DNA of 64,000 bases, taken from Clostridia bacterium. GTDB taxonomy: Bacteria; Bacillota; Clostridia; UMGS1883. The notes below the pieces were generated by a model, which ran no database searches, was not told where the DNA came from, and worked only from the letters and a program-made list of their open reading frames with translations. Position numbers and translations under genes: made by a program. Of this stretch, positions 59,800 to 64,000 are shown piece after piece (the stretch's first letter is position 1; every line of letters starts with the position of its first letter). The DNA is taken from positions 2,938 through 66,937 of the forward strand of contig JAFQQD010000036.1 in the NCBI GenBank assembly GCA_017411435.1. Direction: 5' to 3'.

Positions 59800-60527
59800 A
59801 TGTAAAAGGTCCTGAAATATTATTTGAAATCCCTGTTTTGGGTGGAATCCCGATAACAGAAACAATATTTAACGGATGGCTTGTAGTTGCCGCAATTTCT
59901 ATTGTTTGTTTTTTTCTGGGTCGTAATCTCTCAGTGAGGAACCCTTCAAAAAGGCAGATTGTGGCTGAAAAGCTTGTTTTGACTCTTTCCGGTCTCGTTG
60001 AAAACACTATGGGTAAAAACAATATGTTCTTTCTCCCCTATATTGGTGCTCTTTTTTCATATTCAATTCTCTCCAGTCTTTCGGGGCTTCTGGGACTCAG
60101 AGCACCCACGGGCGATATCAACACAACTGTTGGATTTGCTCTTATAGCATTTTTCCTGATACAGTTCTTTAATATCAAGAATAAAGGCGTTCTGGGTTGG
60201 CTTAAAGGATTTACAGAGCCTGTCGCCTTCCTCACTCCGCTTAATATTATAAGCGAAATTGCAAATCCGATTTCAATGGCATTTCGTCACTTTGGTAACA
60301 TTGCATCGGGAATTGTAATAACCGGTCTCATATACGGAGCGCTGGCAGGTCTTAGCAAAGTAGTTTTAGGATGGATCCCTGTAATAGGTTCTATTCCATT
60401 CCTTCAAGCAGGTCTTCCGGCAATCCTATCAATTTATTTTGATGTATTTACAAGTTTCCTGCAGGCTTACATTATATCCATGTTGACCATGGTATATGTA
60501 GGCAGTGCAAATGAAGCAAATCAATAA
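59796..60527 (+). CDS. atpB: F0F1 ATP synthase subunit a.
   Basis: The gene has a TTG start. Confidence 0.9.
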   Translation: MNVKGPEILFEIPVLGGIPITETIFNGWLVVAAISIVCFFLGRNLSVRNPSKRQIVAEKLVLTLSGLVENTMGKNNMFFLPYIGALFSYSILSSLSGLLGLRAPTGDINTTVGFALIAFFLIQFFNIKNKGVLGWLKGFTEPVAFLTPLNIISEIANPISMAFRHFGNIASGIVITGLIYGALAGLSKVVLGWIPVIGSIPFLQAGLPAILSIYFDVFTSFLQAYIISMLTMVYVGSANEANQ

Positions 60528-60534
60528 TAATTAA

Positions 60535-60819
<285 letters not shown>

Positions 60820-60879
60820 TTGAATCCAGGGCGGAGCAGTGTTCTGCCCTGGGAAAATCTCTATGAGGAGGCGAAGAAA

Positions 60880-61386
60880 ATGGAGAAATTTCAGGAATTC
60901 GTAGCAATTGCCCCGTGGACAATGATTTTCACATGGGTAAACCTTATTATCCTTGTTTTAATAATGAAAAAGCTTCTCTTTAAGCCGGTACTAAATATGC
61001 TGGCAGCACGCGACAAGGAAGTAAACGAAATGTACTCTAAGGCTGAAACTGCACAGAGCAGTGCTGAGGCGCTTGAAAAAGAGTATAGCGAAAAGCTCTC
61101 TTTGGCAAAGGAAGAAGCAGCAAAAATTATGAAGGATGCAAAGCACGATGCTACTCTTCGCGGCGAAGAAATCGTTGGCGAGGCAAAGAAAGAGGCATCG
61201 GCAATTCTTGAAAAAGCACAAAAAGAAATTGAGCGCGAAAAAGAGGCTGCTATAAACGAAATCAAGGGCGATATTGCAAACATAGCAGTTGACATAGCGC
61301 AAAAGGTCATCGAAAAAGACCTTCATGAAAAAGACCACGAAAGGCTTGTAGAAGAGTTCATAGACGGCTGGGGTGAGGATAAATGA
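60880..61386 (+). CDS. atpF: ATP synthase subunit b.
   Basis: The ORF starts at MEKFQEFVAIAPWTM, with a GAGGAGG site. A hairpin at 60826-60855 precedes it. Confidence 0.85.
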   Translation: MEKFQEFVAIAPWTMIFTWVNLIILVLIMKKLLFKPVLNMLAARDKEVNEMYSKAETAQSSAEALEKEYSEKLSLAKEEAAKIMKDAKHDATLRGEEIVGEAKKEASAILEKAQKEIEREKEAAINEIKGDIANIAVDIAQKVIEKDLHEKDHERLVEEFIDGWGEDK

Positions 61387-61922
61387 AATCATTGGCTATG
61401 ACTTATGCACATTCATTGTTCTCTCTCGCTGAGGATGAGGGGCTTGTAGATAAGATTTATGAAGAACTGATAAGTATTTCAAAGATTTTTTCGGAAAATC
61501 CCGATTATGAGGTTCTTCTTGACTCCCCTACTATCCCTGCCGAAAAACGCTTTGAACTTATAGACGAAGCCTTTAATCCATACATGGAGTATGTCACAAA
61601 TCTTATAAAAATACTTTGCGAAAAAAGGCGTATTCATATTCTCCGCGATTGCGTGAAGGAATATGATAAGCTTTACTATGAAAAGCTCGGCATAAAGCGT
61701 GTTACTGCTATAACTGCCACTAAACTGAGCGATGAGCTTCGTGAAAAGCTCATAAAAAAGCTTGAGCAGGAATGGGGAAAAAAAGTCGAGCTTGCCCAAA
61801 AGGTTGACCCCTCTATTCTCGGTGGTATAGTTTTAAGAACTGACAACTCACAGACGGATGCAAGTGTGCGCACAAAACTTGAACAGTTAAAGGCGCAGAT
61901 TACATCCAATGACTTTAGATAG
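61383..61922 (+). CDS. atpH: ATP synthase subunit delta.
   Basis: The product is 179 aa. Confidence 0.85.
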   Translation: MKSLAMTYAHSLFSLAEDEGLVDKIYEELISISKIFSENPDYEVLLDSPTIPAEKRFELIDEAFNPYMEYVTNLIKILCEKRRIHILRDCVKEYDKLYYEKLGIKRVTAITATKLSDELREKLIKKLEQEWGKKVELAQKVDPSILGGIVLRTDNSQTDASVRTKLEQLKAQITSNDFR

Positions 61923-61933
61923 AAGGTGAAATT

Positions 61934-63448
61934 ATGCAGCTTAAATCTGATGAAATCAGTAAAATAATAAAAGACCAGATTAAAAATTTTTCAAATAAAA
62001 TTGAGCAGAAAGAAACCGGCTATGTTATAGAAGTTGGTGACGGTATTGCAAAGGTAAAAGGTCTTGACAACTGTATGAGTAATGAGCTCGTAGAGTTTGA
62101 AAACGGTGAAGTTGCAATGGCACTTAACCTTGAAGAAAACCTTGTAAGCCTTGTTATACTCGGTACTGATGCTGAAATCCGCGAAGGCGACATAGTTAAG
62201 CGTACAGGTACGGTTGTGAGCGTTCCCGTAGGCGAAAATATGATTGGCAGAGTTGTAAACGCTCTCGGTCAGCCTATTGACGGCAAGGGCGATATAAAGA
62301 CAACCGAGCGCCGCGCGATTGAATCTCCTGCTCCCGGCATTATTGAAAGAAAATCTGTTAGCGTTCCGCTTCAGACAGGCATCAAGGCTATTGACTCCAT
62401 GATTCCCATCGGTCGCGGTCAGCGTGAGCTTATAATCGGTGACAGACAGACAGGTAAATCCACTATCGGTCTTGATACAATCATCAACCAGAAAGGTAAG
62501 GATGTTATCTGTATCTATGTTGCTATCGGTCAGAAGAAATCCACCGTTGCACAGCTTGTTGACACACTTGAAAAGAGCGGTGCAATGGATTACACAACAG
62601 TAGTTGCCGCAACTGCGAGCGAGCTTGCTCCCATGCAGTATATTGCTCCCTATGCAGGTTGTGCTATCGGTGAATACTTTATGTATCAGGGTAAGGATGT
62701 TCTCGTTATTTACGATGACCTTTCAAAGCACGCGGTAGCATACCGTGCGCTGTCACTTCTTATCCGCCGTCCCCCGGGACGAGAGGCGTACCCCGGCGAT
62801 GTATTCTATCTTCATTCAAGACTTCTTGAACGCGCAGCCCGTCTCTCAGAAGAATACGGCGGCGGCTCACTTACCGCTCTTCCCATTATTGAAACACAGG
62901 CAGGCGATGTATCAGCATACATCCCCACTAATGTAATTTCTATCACAGACGGACAGATATTCCTTGAAACTGAACTTTTCCATTCAGGTGTAATGCCCGC
63001 TGTTAACCCCGGTATTTCTGTTAGCCGTGTTGGTGGTAACGCACAGATTAAGGCAATGAAAAAGGTTGCAGGTACTCTTAAGCTTGCTTATTCACAGTAC
63101 CGCGAGCTTCAGTCGTTTGCGCAGTTCGGAAGTGATCTTGACCCCGATACCAAGGCAAGACTTGAACAGGGTGAAAGAATCGTTGAGGTTCTTAAGCAGG
63201 ACAGAAATGCACCTGTAAAGGTTGAGCATCAGGTTGTAATTATCTATGCCGTTACAAACGGATTCCTTAAAGATATTGCACCCGAAGATATAAGAGAATT
63301 TGAAAAATCCCTTTACGAATATGTGGATAACACATATCCCAAGATTGTTTCAAATATTGCCCAGACAGGTGCTCTTTCTGAAGAAACTGAGGAAATGATT
63401 AAAGAAGCAGTTGCAAATTGCGCAGAAAAATTTCTCAGCCGCAAATGA
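61934..63448 (+). CDS. atpA: ATP synthase subunit alpha.
   Basis: The motif GDRQTGKS is present. Confidence 0.95.
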   Translation: MQLKSDEISKIIKDQIKNFSNKIEQKETGYVIEVGDGIAKVKGLDNCMSNELVEFENGEVAMALNLEENLVSLVILGTDAEIREGDIVKRTGTVVSVPVGENMIGRVVNALGQPIDGKGDIKTTERRAIESPAPGIIERKSVSVPLQTGIKAIDSMIPIGRGQRELIIGDRQTGKSTIGLDTIINQKGKDVICIYVAIGQKKSTVAQLVDTLEKSGAMDYTTVVAATASELAPMQYIAPYAGCAIGEYFMYQGKDVLVIYDDLSKHAVAYRALSLLIRRPPGREAYPGDVFYLHSRLLERAARLSEEYGGGSLTALPIIETQAGDVSAYIPTNVISITDGQIFLETELFHSGVMPAVNPGISVSRVGGNAQIKAMKKVAGTLKLAYSQYRELQSFAQFGSDLDPDTKARLEQGERIVEVLKQDRNAPVKVEHQVVIIYAVTNGFLKDIAPEDIREFEKSLYEYVDNTYPKIVSNIAQTGALSEETEEMIKEAVANCAEKFLSRK

Positions 63449-63458
63449 GGTGACATAA

Positions 63459-64000
63459 ATGCCTTCAATGAAAGCAATAAAAAACAGAATAAAGAGCGTT
63501 GAAAATACCCGTCAGATTACAAAGGCAATGCAGCTCGTTGCAACAAGCAAGATGAAAAAGGCAAAGGAACGAATCGAAATGAGCCGTCCTTTCTTTGAAA
63601 TCTTGTCAGAGGCACTTTCTGACATAGCATCGAGCACAAAAGATTTCTCCTCCCCTTTTACTGCCAAGGAAAAGGAAGGGAAGGCTTGTCACATCGTTAT
63701 TGCCGGTGACAGGGGTCTGGCAGGCGGATACAACAACAATCTTTTTAAGTCTATCAAATACAGTGACGGAGATATTATTTTCCCCATTGGCAAAAAGGTT
63801 GTGGAGCATTTTTCAAAGAAAGATGTTTCTATCTTTACAACCGAATATCAGATTGCCGCAGATGTGGGTATAAGCGACTGCAACAGTATCGGCCAGGCTC
63901 TTACTGAAGCATTTTTGAAGGGCGAGTTTACTTCCCTTGATATTTATTATACGGGGTTTGTTAATATTATCTCGCAGATTCCTGCTTCGAAAAAGGTTCT
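63459..64000 (+). CDS. atpG: ATP synthase subunit gamma. The 3' end is truncated by the window edge.
   Basis: The protein starts MPSMKAIKNRIKSVENTRQITKAMQLVATSKMKKA. Confidence 0.9.
   Translation, partial: MPSMKAIKNRIKSVENTRQITKAMQLVATSKMKKAKERIEMSRPFFEILSEALSDIASSTKDFSSPFTAKEKEGKACHIVIAGDRGLAGGYNNNLFKSIKYSDGDIIFPIGKKVVEHFSKKDVSIFTTEYQIAADVGISDCNSIGQALTEAFLKGEFTSLDIYYTGFVNIISQIPASKKV

Overview
This looks like a chromosomal segment from a low-GC Gram-positive bacterium of the Clostridia type. The evidence is the SLH-domain surface protein, the PolC-type replicase, a YjcZ-like sporulation microprotein and GGAGG ribosome-binding sites. Housekeeping genes sit at both ends. On the left are a histidine kinase fragment, the ffh-ylxM/rpsP-KH and rpsB-tsf clusters, glyA, polC, ispG, an SLH surface protein, lgt, an M16 peptidase pair, rdgB, yaiI and an ABC-F gene. 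On the right are trpS, a wecA-like gene, wecB and the atp operon (atpZ, I, B, E, F, H, A, G). Between about 25.0 and 55.3 kb lies a single tightly packed minus-strand surface-polysaccharide locus of about 30 kb. It encodes a Cap5E/F/G-type UDP-L-FucNAc route, RfbA/RfbB, three DegT-type aminotransferases, four ATP-grasp-type ligases (one TupA-like), a CapA-family protein, a GNAT, an SLC13-like permease, four glycosyltransferases, a priming sugar-phosphate transferase, Wzx and two tandem Wzy-like polymerases. Five things stand out. (1) Two tandem, strongly expressed two-gene modules at 6.6-8.9 kb, each a signal-peptide paralog followed by a nearly nucleotide-identical 59-aa acidic, Cys-free peptide ending in SWSW. 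(2) An intact PolC that lacks the intra-PHP 3'-5' exonuclease insertion. (3) An interspersed, structured intergenic repeat present at four sites. (4) A 40-aa Cys/Gly-rich transmembrane microprotein of YjcZ type. (5) The amino-acid-ligase-rich, teichuronopeptide-like glycan locus. No CRISPR array, rRNA, tRNA or transposase was seen.
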